From Folioceros fuciformis (Eukaryota), in the NCBI GenBank assembly GCA_049999805.1, contig JBNGIO010006088.1, positions 1 through 48,221 on the forward strand: a stretch of DNA of 48,221 nucleotides. Reading direction: 5' to 3'. Position numbers and translations under genes: made by a program. Position 1 is the first letter of the stretch, and every line of letters starts with the position of its first letter. The notes under the pieces are model-generated. The model had not been told where the DNA came from. It saw only the letters and a program-made list of their open reading frames with translations, and searched no databases. This document shows, in pieces, positions 1 through 10,865 of this stretch.

Positions 1-980
1 AAGAAAGACAGAAAGATGGATCGGTGCAGGAAAGCATTCCAGCCTGTGCTGAATGGAGACAACCATCACCTGGAAAGGCTGGACGCTCTCGCCATGGAAC
101 TGCCAAGGAAGCTTCATGTGGAGACTGTGGGGTGCGTCTTCTCTCACTGTATCTCACAGAAACACCCAAAACCCACCGCCACCGACCAATGTAGATGATG
201 GGTGTCGGCAGTCCGTGGAGATCCTGCAGCTTTTAGGTCAAGCCGAAGGACAGTGCATCCCGGTGGGATAGATGCTCAGAGCCAGCTGCTCACGGTGGTG
301 ACAATCCAATGGCTTCTGATGCAGAGAAAAGACAGGCTTGGGACACAGCAGCCTGAGCTCGCATCAACAGAACGGAATAAAAACTGCTACTCTTGCTGCA
401 GGCAATTACTTCCATCACCAACTCCAGCCAGAACGTGAGTCTGGTGATGCTCCAGCAACATGCATCCGTTTTCACGCTCGCGGTGATGTATTACACCTTG
501 AGGAATCAACGGAGATGTCCAAAGCAAACGAGAAGCCTTTCGATGTCTTGCCATGGAACGAAACCGCAGATGCGTACATACATAGATGGACCGGATGTCT
601 TGTGGAATGCGAAGCAGCAGACACGACACGCTACACATCTTTTCCGACAGACGTGCGGCGAATAAAAGCGCTCTCCACCAGAGGAGGAAGAAACGGGGCC
701 GTCCGTTTGTGGTCAGCTTGGCGTCCAGCCGCTCTCGATGCCTTTGTACCTCGCCCTTCAGATAGGTCGGAAGAGGCTATGATTCACGTTCATCCACTTC
801 AAAGATTTCGGGGGAAAAGGGTATGATGACTGGCTCGGCTTGCCAACTTGCTCTGCCTTCGGCCTGCAGCAAGTTGCCGTCTCCCAGATGGGCTCACTCG
901 CCCAACTGCGACAATGATGGTTTCATCGTGTCCCCATTTTCTGCCGAGGAACATGCCTCAACTCTCTGCAGACCTGGCGT

Positions 981-1075
981 CAGACCAGAGCAGAGCAGAC
1001 CACACCAGAGCAGAGCAGAGCAGACCACACCAGAGCAGAGCATAGCAGACCACACCAGAGCAGAGCAGACCAGGC
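981..1075. repeat. Degenerate pentanucleotide tandem repeat (CAGAG/CAGAC/CACAC units)
   Basis: Reads cagaccagagcagagcagaccacaccagagcagagcagagcagaccacacc... directly in the sequence. Confidence 0.85.
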
Positions 1076-1550
1076 CGAACCACTACACATCTTGTGACTC
1101 CAACTACTGTATGCTTGTAGATGGGTTCCCTGACCCTTGGCATTGTGGGAGAGTTCTAGACTCCTTCAAGAATACAGGAAGGACGACAACGGAAGTACCT
1201 GTGCCGCACAACACAGATATCTCTCGCCGTGCGCTTTTCTGTCCCTTTCAGCCATCTTTCTCCAGTTGAGTGCTATACACGTGGCAGGGTGGTGTCTTTG
1301 TGTGTAGTATAAAGGGTAAGAACACAATGTTGTCGCGAAGATGTTACATTCTTCCTTCCTTGAGGACAACTCAAAGCACAGCGTTCGCAGAATTGAGAGC
1401 TTGCTCAAGGTTTTCACCGTTTGTTACACTGGATGGAGCCCGCTTGCCCGGGCTTCGCAACAGTAGGGTAAAGGAAAAGCCCCTGCAAGCCCCTACCTAT
1501 TGCTAGCAAGTCCAAGGCAAGCAAAGTTTTTATGGTGGGTGCAGGGCTCG

Positions 1551-3219
1551 TCACCGAGATGCCAGTCTGCTCCGCACACGGCGTACAAAACCAGCAGCCT
1601 CCTTTCCTCCCATGAAAGGTCTTCGTGGTGCAGTCTGCTAGGAAATTATGACAACCATACTCAACGTCGAAGGCACACAAAAAGGAAGGCAACATACCAA
1701 AGAGAGCCCACAGGAAACAGGTGAAGTGTGCACCTCAGAATGCCACAGTCCATCGCCATCGAATCTTGGGATGATATGGTAGTGCGTCTGGACAGTCAAA
1801 GAAGAGTAGGTCAAGTTGTTGCTCAGCTCCGGTGCGTGGTCCAGGAAGAAAGCTGACTAATTGGGAACCCGTTGCAATGCTTCCAACTTACATGGTATAC
1901 AACTTGGCCAGCTGCTGCACCACTGTTAACCACCATGTTAAAAGAATCTGCGACACAAAGACCAATAGCCAAGCGCATCAGCACCGGATCCCCATTCTCA
2001 CAACTGCATGCAATGAATCTGAGAGGAAAACGCACGTACCACAGTTCGTTACTTCCATCAGGGCTGTGCTGATCACAGGCACGGCCGCACACATAGCGGC
2101 CGCAATCTGGGAGGGCAACAAAGGGCACACCATGCTCATCTTGATACAAGACTTATCACCTCCACTAAAGCAACGAACAAAGACACAGCTAACTAGACAG
2201 GATCATATACCAGTTCTACACAGAAAGCGAGCAAGTTCACCAAGTCCAGCGAGCTCACCACTGGTGGGGTTGACTGCAGGCAGTTATAGTGAACCTTGGG
2301 AATGACCAAACAGTGCCTGCAAATGCACGTAAGTGCAGAATGACGGTAGGAAAAGCTTCAGTTTTGTCATGCCTGCATGGAGCAGACTACCATGCAGCTA
2401 GGACAGGCTTGTGGTGAGGCCAGAAGGAAGAACACATACCCGTAAGTCAAGGGATTAATATCTAGAATACAAATACAGAACTCATCCTCGTACAGCTGCA
2501 AGATTCACACAACGATCAGCAGCAACATAGCAGAAACAGAAACCCCGTTGTAACCGACAAAAGAGGCAGGCGATCACCTTGAAGGCAGGGTCTTTGCCGC
2601 TCACTATCCGGCAGAAGATGCAGCTGTCCAAAGGGAGAGAGGGACCTTCAACCGAAGACAAGTTCGATGAAGCCCTGCCAGGCGGAGGCAGAAAAGGTCC
2701 CCTCTTAATCTTCGACGATATGGCAAACATGGGACTAGTGAGTGCCCTCAGACCCTGCTCCTTCAGGCCTCCAACCCTCAGGCCCTCAACCCCCGGAGCG
2801 TGAGGGCCTTGCTCATAACTGTCCGCTTCCCCTCTCCCTGCAGGCAATTCTTGAGACTCTTCCAGTTGCGAATCGGTCTCCCTCCATGTCCTTTCCGAAT
2901 TCTCTCTGCTTCCACTCCTTGATACTCCTACTCTTACTCCACCTGATTCCAGCACTCCACTACCAAGTACACTCTCATTTACAATCCCGAAGCATGCATC
3001 CTCAGAAGACACTTCAGCGTCAGAGAGACTTTCCCTAAAAAACTCAGAACCAACACCTGCCTCCTCAGACTCCCTGCCTCCCGAACTGCTCCCTCTGCAT
3101 CTCTCCGCTCTCACTGCGAACGGACGTCCACCATTACGGCGCCCAGCAGAGCTGCCGGCAGCAGAGGAAGCAAGGATATGCCCAAGAATGTTGTCAATCC
3201 TCCTGTTAGCCGCCTCCAT
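1551..3219 (-). CDS. HINT3: HIT (histidine triad) nucleotide hydrolase, HINT3-like, 7 exons, with PTS2-like N-terminus
   Basis: Manually spliced GT-AG exons 3219-2578, 2495-2440, 2316-2259, 2106-2040, 1947-1892, 1787-1734, 1634-1551 give ...CIFCRIVSGKDPAFK|LYEDEFCICILDINPLTYG|HCLVIPKVHY...|DSFNMVVNSGAAAGQVVYH|THYHIIPR...; HIT motif HTHYH; stop TGA at 1551-1553. Confidence 0.88.
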
Positions 3220-3721
3220 CCGAGCTCCACACCACGTTCCACCACCTCAATCCCACGCCTCGCAGCCCTGGCAACAGCATGGAACAACCTCCACTTCCCC
3301 AGTTACACAAACGATACTTACAACCCCCGGTTGGACCACAACGGCCCAACTCTCTCAGGCTTCCATCCTCGCAATATCCCGCTCGCAAGCACATTTTGGT
3401 GCACAACGGCAATAGGAGAAGGAGCAGACTCGTCACCTTGCATCTCCATCACCTCCAAATCCGCAAAGCCATGATCATCAATCAGGCAGAGGCTGTCAAT
3501 CCAAATCCCAAGCTACCGCACGAAACCACACCCACAACCCATCACCCATGTAAACATGTACGTGAGATGCTATGTCATGTACGATGACGCAAGGATGTTC
3601 CACGGCCCATTTCCAGCTCTTTGACCTCTAGTGCCCTGCCCGCGGAGTTTGGGTGATGCGAGCTTATCGCGTTGAAAAAGAGAGGTCCCCAGGCTCCCTT
3701 CTGAGCGGGGAAAAGGGCGAT

Positions 3722-3729
3722 TGACGTCA
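3722..3729. promoter_or_regulatory. Palindromic TGACGTCA (bZIP C-box type) in the divergent HINT3/J-protein promoter
   Basis: Exact 8-mer about 55 bp upstream of the J-protein ATG; function inferred only. Confidence 0.3.
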
Positions 3730-3784
3730 CCCTTTTTCCTTCTTCTTTTACTCTGCGTTTCCAGGGCTGCGAGAAGCATCGGCT

Positions 3785-5212
3785 ATGGCGGCGTCTTTGG
3801 TATGCCGAGCCTCGCTCTGCTGCGTGCGTTGCTCCGTAGGCGAGGCAGACTATTACTCCGTGTTGCAAGTGCAGCGAGCCGCCACTCCTGCCCAGCTCAA
3901 AACTGCGTACCGGCGTCTGGCCAGGGAGCACCATCCCGACGTGAGCCAGCACCCCGACGCCCAGCGCCGCTTTGTGGAGCTCAGTACCGCCTACGAGGTC
4001 TGTGTGACGATGTTGTCTCTTGTGGTCTTCATGGCATTCTTGGGAATGAGATGAGAGTGGTGGGCAGTGGACTTCTCCCAAGAGAGATTCGGTGATGTTC
4101 ATGTAGGAAGATCTGCGGAACTATACCAGGTGCTGATTGATGAGGAAGCGAGAGCCATCTACGATGTGCACGGTGCAGCAGGGTTGAAAGGTGGCGCCCG
4201 GAGCAGCAAGGGTGCTGCTTGGGACGTCTGGGATACCTGGGACGAATTCAAGCCTTTCCAGCGCAAGTACGGTGCATGTCTTCTGTGTGTCTACCTTGGC
4301 TGAGTAGCTGTGTGCAAGTCAGTATTGATGGAGCATCTAGGAACTGTGGGATGGGATGTGCAGATCCAGGAAAGGTGATGCCCGATCCTCTTCTGCTGCT
4401 AGATCGGATGCGGATGCCTCGTCTCCTGACGGCCATTCGCACATTGAAAGGGAGGCTGAAGTGGGCGACGTTGTCGAGTATCCACTGTCAGATGCTGCCC
4501 GAGCCCAACATCAAGATGGCCGCATCAAAGGTGGGTATGCTGAAATGCATGAAGTGTTATGGTCGGTGCAGCTTTGTTGGCCTCATCCGTTTCTCCTGGA
4601 CCTCATTTTCACTCGCTGCTTTCTCGTATGTAACAGGTGTTGGTCTTCTAGTTGGAAGAAATAAAGGTGGGTGGTAGACTACAGTCCGTCTGTGGTTGGC
4701 TTTACAGAACTTGCTGGTGCATACGACGCTGAGTTAGCGTCAGCTCTTCTGACATAACTCTTTTGCTGCAGACCGGGGGGATCGGGACAAGTTGCCCTTG
4801 GAGGTTAGTCATTTTCACATTCCTTGGCTCAGAGTCTTTAAAGGTAGTGTGGATGTTGGGTCGTCTTGCAGCCCTAGTCTAAGACGAACGTGTCTGCCCA
4901 GTGCCTGGATCTGGTGGAGATCGAGCCTCTGTACACAGAGGTCGGCAGCTCCGAGTGGCGTGCAGATCCAATGGAGGGTGCTGCATTCTCGTCCCTCCCC
5001 AGCCTGCGCGTTTTGCGAAGTGTAAGTCCTTCCTATCAGGCTTGAGTTATGGCTTATGTTTCCAGTACCTGTTTCCGACCAGCACTGTAGCTATTTGTGG
5101 TGGCCTGTCTCGCCCACAGGAATACAAACACTCCACGGACTATTGGACAATCTATGACGACCTGTCTCCTGGTTGTGGAAGTCCAGAGTACGCCGAAGAA
5201 GTTATTCTGTAG
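3785..5212 (+). CDS. J-domain (DnaJ type III) protein, probably plastid-targeted, 7 exons
   Basis: DYYSVLQV...LKTAYRRLAREHHPDV...RFVELSTAYE|VLIDEEARAIYD with HPD motif. Approximate exons 3785-3997, 4130-4267, 4364-4530, 4637-4667, 4771-4803, 4902-5021, 5120-5212 splice in frame with GT-AG ends to ...PEYAEEVIL*. Confidence 0.85.
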
Positions 5213-6563
5213 CCAGGAACCGAACTCTGGTGTATACCCCTTTGTCATGGTTTCGACCGGTTGCAGTTGCCCTCCCTTCCTGTACTTCCGTTGCTGCGGA
5301 TTGTAAGGAAGGAGTACCCCTTCGTTAGCACTTTTATTTCCTCATCATGACCGGAGACTCCCTCAACTGGGGCATGCTTTTGCTCATCATCCTCCCATCC
5401 TCGGCTGCCTCGAAATTCACGAAGGTGTGTACATCACCGCCGGACAACAGAAGAAACAAGGGATCAAATATGTCCATTTGAAAACACACGTGTGGAAGAA
5501 CACCTCGAATGCACCTCCCAATAACACTGACGGCGTAGTAGCACAGGGTGACGAGCAACAAAAGTCGAGTTCGCAAATTGTCGAGTGAGAAATCAGGTAA
5601 ATGATCCTTCGGGTAAGAAAGCATGTGCCGATGATCCCATTATGCCCGGCCCGGCCTGGCCAGAAACCTTCGGATAACATTTGGTGAAGCTGCAATACCG
5701 GGCCAGCTGTGTTTGAAAATTTGCCATCCAAGCCCGCTGGATTTGCGAACGGACGACCCCTGAGATCCCGACGACTGTGGAGCTCCCAATCCGTTGCAGC
5801 TGGTGGGAATTGCGAGTGAAATTTTTGAACAGGCCTTCGGTGGGCATCCGAGAATCTCATCCGTTGCTGCGAAGATGGAAGGATGGAGGCGGTCGAAGCT
5901 CAATCGCTTCTGTTCAGTTCTTCCCCCACACATACCCTGATGCACTGCTGGTGGGGAGGCAATTCTTACCACCTTTGCCTCCACTCATGATTCTGTCTCC
6001 CACGTCGCCGCTGTCCGCATCAAATTCTGGACAAGCCTGGAAGCGAGGAACGTGCTGGCAACAGTTAAGGCGAGGCACAGATCACTGCATCCTGACAAAA
6101 ATCAATTGATGGATTTCTGAATGATTCGGCGGCTGTCACCTGCAAATCATTCGGCGAGCTATCTACTCCAGCTGACAAGGAGGTTGACGTTCGAATCTGG
6201 TATGCACAGACTGAGAACGATGGACGTTAGCGTCGTTCTCCTTCCCATCTGTTCTGAATTTCTTCTTCGCTGGAAGGGAGAGCTGGGGTCAGTTCGTCAA
6301 TGTCCCCTGCCTTTCTGGCTGTATTGGATTCTAGTGTAATTGAACCCAGTTTGTCTGTGAGCTGAGCATGGCGCAGCGTACTGATGCTTGAAAGTTTGTT
6401 GTTGATCCAGGTATATCTCTGAGCCGCTTTATTCATCACCTGCTAGACTATGGCCATCGTGTAGGAAGCAATTGAGGGGAACAGGGATGTTTAAATGAGA
6501 ACTGCTTCTGGGAAGCTTCCATCCGATCAAATGTACTAAGCAATGTGCACTTAAGTGTACGCC

Positions 6564-9500
6564 ATGTTAAGTGGCGTGAGTGCACCTACTATGCAGCAGT
6601 TGCATAGGTCCTTGATGCATACGTCAAGCTGCATTCCAGTTCCAGCATCTTTGTCTAGGTTGCAGACGCTTCAGACAGAGCGGTCTTCGTATGGGCCTCA
6701 ATCGGGTCTGCTATCATGGAGGAGGCTGGTTGCACGTGTTTCAAGCAAGGAGGGCCAATACCAGAGTGGTGCTTATGGAACAAGTACAGTGATGTGTTGC
6801 AGGGCTGGAATGGAAGAGACTGCTGTGGTGGACACCATGGAAGACGGTAGGTCATCTTTTGAGAATCAGCTTGACTGTCCAGAGGTCCGCATTGTTCTCA
6901 CCGTATCGGCCATGGTCTACAATTCCTTCGATAACTCGGTAGGTTTATGATGGCTAAACAATGCTGGTGTATTTGATATCCTTTTGCAGGCAGCGTTAGG
7001 AAAAGGAAAGGCGGTAGTGACGTTCCAGTTCGGAAACTGGAGCCTGCTCCAAAAACGCTTGATCACCCCTCCCTCTCTGTCCCCGTAAAACGTGCTGGCA
7101 GTTCTCCTTGGACATCTCGTGAATGGGTTGAGCCATTGAACACGAGGGACCAGATCTTTTGTAACAGGTCCCTCAACATGAAGAGTATTGTTGCTGTAGG
7201 ATTTGATATGGATTACACTCTTGCTCAATATAAACCTGACACGTTTGAAACATTGGCCTACAATGGCACAGTCAGAAAGCTTGTTCACGATCTTGGATAT
7301 CCTGAGGAGGTCAGTCTACCGGTGTCACACCTTTTCTTGGATATTTTTCAACAATGAATAGCTTGAAATTCTACAGCTGAGATTGCGAGGGGCGAATTGT
7401 ATGTAGCTGTTGCAATGGAAGTTTGATTGGAGCTATATGGTGCGAGGTCTTGTGCTTGATAAGAGGCGGGGTAACATCATAAAGGTGATTTTCTATTCGC
7501 TCTTTTGTTCATGGGCTAAGGAAAATTCTTGAAGTCCTGGAGCCTTACTGACCCTGTGCGGTCTTTCCCATCGGACTTTGTAGATGGACAGGCACAAGTA
7601 TGTCAAAGTGGCTTATCATGGCTTCCGAGAGCTTTCCAGGGAAGAGCGACAGAAAACCTACGGAAGCACACTCGCAAGAGAATCCTATGATGAGCCAGAC
7701 TATGCTCTTATTGATACCTTGTTTTCTCTAGCAGAAGCCTACCTCTTTGCTCAGCTAGTTGAGCTGAAAGATGCCTCCCCAGAAAAGATGCCATGTAGCT
7801 CAGAGTATACTCATTTTTCCATTTGCTTGCACTGTTGGCACCACTGTCACCCTTGTTCCCCTGTCACCTTCCATCCCCTGACACTCTCGTTGTGCTCACA
7901 GAGCCCTGTGTATTGATGGCGTAGTGGCAGGTTTCAAGTAAGTTGCCTCGTGTTGCGAGCTTTCCTCTATCTAAAGATGGACATTAGCATGTATTGATTT
8001 GGAGAAACATTTTCAGTTGCTTGTAATCTTTTTGTTCTTCAGATGATTAATGATAGGACCTCACAGATTGTTTGCCTGTTACGTGTTTGTTATGGATGTG
8101 TAGCTATGCTCAGATATACAAGGATGTCAGGGCAGCAGTTGATTTGTGTCATCGTGATGGCACTTTGAAGATGGCTGTTGCGTCTAATCCTGGCGAGTAA
8201 GCAAGTAGATCACCTTAACCACTATCTTTTTGGCATCTCTGGACTTTCTCTGTCTAAGATGAGGTATAACATGTTATAGGTAGCTTGGGTGGGGCCAGTA
8301 ACTAGATTGAAATTTGTGTGGTAGGTATATCCATGAAGATCTTCATTTAGTTCCCATGCTGAAAATGCTTAGAGACTCTGGTCGGATGACGTTCCTGGTA
8401 ACAAACAGGTGAGTTTTCTGCCGGCTTGTTGTTTTGGTCATGTTATGTAGTGGTTCAGCTTATTGAAACGTGTAGATCATCTTCCCAGATTGCTGATGCG
8501 GCAGACTGACACACACAGACCTATTGGGTGTATGCAGTCTTTGGGATTACACACATGTGGTGATGAATTACGTGTTTGGCAAAAGTGGAGCAAGTGTTGG
8601 TAATCCTCGAGATGACGAGTGGCTAAATTATTTCGATCTTGTGATCACTGGCAGGTTCTAACCTCACCACCATACTGACATGGCTTTTTTCACTCTTTGG
8701 TTCGGAGTTGTCTTGACCACCAGAACTCATCTGATCTATCCTTCTATCCTAGGAACTTATGCATCTAAAGTTTGAATGTATTGGCCTCGCTAATGACTTA
8801 TGACAATGCACATTCCAGTGCCAAACCTTCCTTCTTCATGGATGGCACTCGCGCTCCCCTTTTTGAAGTCGATATCAACACAGGAATGCTCCGAAACAGT
8901 GACAACGGCGCTCCTATGGTTCAGGTCTGTGCACGTGACGGCCCTGCATGCAGTCCTGGAGATGGTCGACTGATATAAGTAATGCTTCACGCAGGTCGGT
9001 GATATTGCATCTAATTATCAGCAGCTGTCTGGGGATGAAACTGGTCAGGCCTGCAGGGTATTTCAGGCAAGTGGTTTGCGCTGTAATGTATATAGGTTCC
9101 GCCATTTACTCTCGGTCCTCGTCAGAGTGCAAGTAGCACCGTTCACTCTATTTCTGGCAATGCTATCTTCAGGGAGGAAGTGTGGGACACCTTCACAGGC
9201 TCCTGGGCATTGAAGCAGGGGAAAAGGTGCTTGCTCAACTGAAAGTTTCATCTCTGGCGTTCGCATTTTCAGAGCTAATGAGTGCAGTTTGTTGGCAGGT
9301 CCTGTATGTTGGAGACCACATTTATGGAGATATTTTGCGGAGCAAGAAACAGCTGGGTAAGATGTTGCGTTCCGTATTCACTGACCACGTAGTCGATGAT
9401 TTTTCGTTGCAACCATCACTTGATAAGGGATCAGCAGTCTCAGCAGGCGCCTCTCATGCAGGTTGGAGGACAATGCTTGTGGTGCCTGAGCTTGCACATG

Positions 9501-10450
9501 AACTTGAGCTGTTGCAACAGACAGCTGCTGCTCGCAGGGTGGGTGTGACTCCCTATGTCTGCCTTCCAGCCGTCATTCAAGGCATGGATTCGCCGCCACA
9601 GACTGCCTCACTTTTGTCATTGTATTTTCAACCTTTGATGCATGTAGGAAATTTGGGAACTGCGACAGGAGCGGGATGGGTTGGAAGATACCTTGCATCG
9701 CTTAGAATGGGCTCTGAGGTATGTACACCTACCTAAACAGACAGGGTCCGCTTCAGAGCTGTGGGTTTTACATACATGACTGGAGGGCCTGGTAAATCTT
9801 TGTTGCGTAAAGCAAATGTCCTGACTTTTTTGAGTGGCCCAACAGATTTGACGGCTATTCGGAGGAAGAACGTGAGAAAATATCTTCTCAATTGTATGCT
9901 TTGCAGGTAACTATCTTACGCGAACTCTTGCACTCGCCATACTTGTGTTCCAAGCATACTGATTCGTTGGCGGGTTCTTATCTGTTGTTCAGGACAAGAG
10001 AGGCCAAGTCCGTGAATCACATCGGGAGGCTCAAAGACAATGCCATCTCCAGGTGTGTGCCGCAAATTCTGGCCCAATGTCATTCCTTTTCTGACGTCAA
10101 TATTTGGTAATAACAATCTGCGTCCCTCAGTTTCACAAGACATGGGGTCAGCTTATGAAGACAGGATATCAAAATTCTCGGTTCGCCCACCAGGTGGAGA
10201 TAGTCCTCCCTCTTAGCCTTTCCTCCTGTCTGCTCTTCTGCTCGCTAGAGCTTTGTTTGCCTCTTAAGTTTGGCTCTCACTGGTACGATTTGATACCTCT
10301 GAACATGTTACTAATACTGGAAGTTTGCAGGTGGAGAGGTTTGCTTGCCTCTATGCGAGTAATGTGACAAACTTGTGCTACTATTCACCGGACAAGAGCT
10401 ACAGAACGACCGAAGATTGTATGCCACATGATGTGTTCCGCTATCCTTAA
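6564..10450 (+). CDS. HAD-superfamily cN-II-type (IMP/GMP) 5'-nucleotidase, multi-exon, with long N-terminal transit-like extension
   Basis: Motifs IFCNRSLNMKSIVAVGFDMDYTLAQY (HAD motif I), MDRHKYVKVAYHG, FLVTNS, VITGSAKP, LYVGDHIYGDI, GWRTMLVVPEL, FHKTWGQLMKTG, ERFACLY...MPHDVFRYP* (TAA ends 10450). Start codon uncertain. Confidence 0.9.
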
Positions 10451-10865
10451 GAATCATAGGGTCTGGATATCGTGCCTTCAAATCACGGCACAACCATATC
10501 CAAAGCAGATACTCTCGGCCTCTAGAATTGAAGCTGCTCTCCACACCTAATAAATAGCATACCAAGTCGCCCAGGTAACTATTTCGGAAATATCCATGAA
10601 ATCGGTTGCCACTTGAGGTGTTCGATGTAACATAAACCAGCAATGTTTATGAATTCAAAAGGAAGTTATCTTCTCATTTGCAAATGACCCTCTTCGTTCA
10701 TGCCGTCTCCTCCGCGAAGACTGAAAATAGACATGATTGTAAGTGGGTGACAAGCTTCTACATCGCTGGTGTCTGCATCACACTGTTCAATGGCTCGTGG
10801 GCTATATGTTTGTTTCCAACCAGAACGAACCTGAACATTTAGCTCTGGCTGAATGTTGTTCATCC

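Noticed and set aside
1-1500. Short ORFs and splice-like signals at the window start
   Set aside because: No recognisable protein in any frame and no consistent in-frame exon chain; could be UTR or lncRNA.
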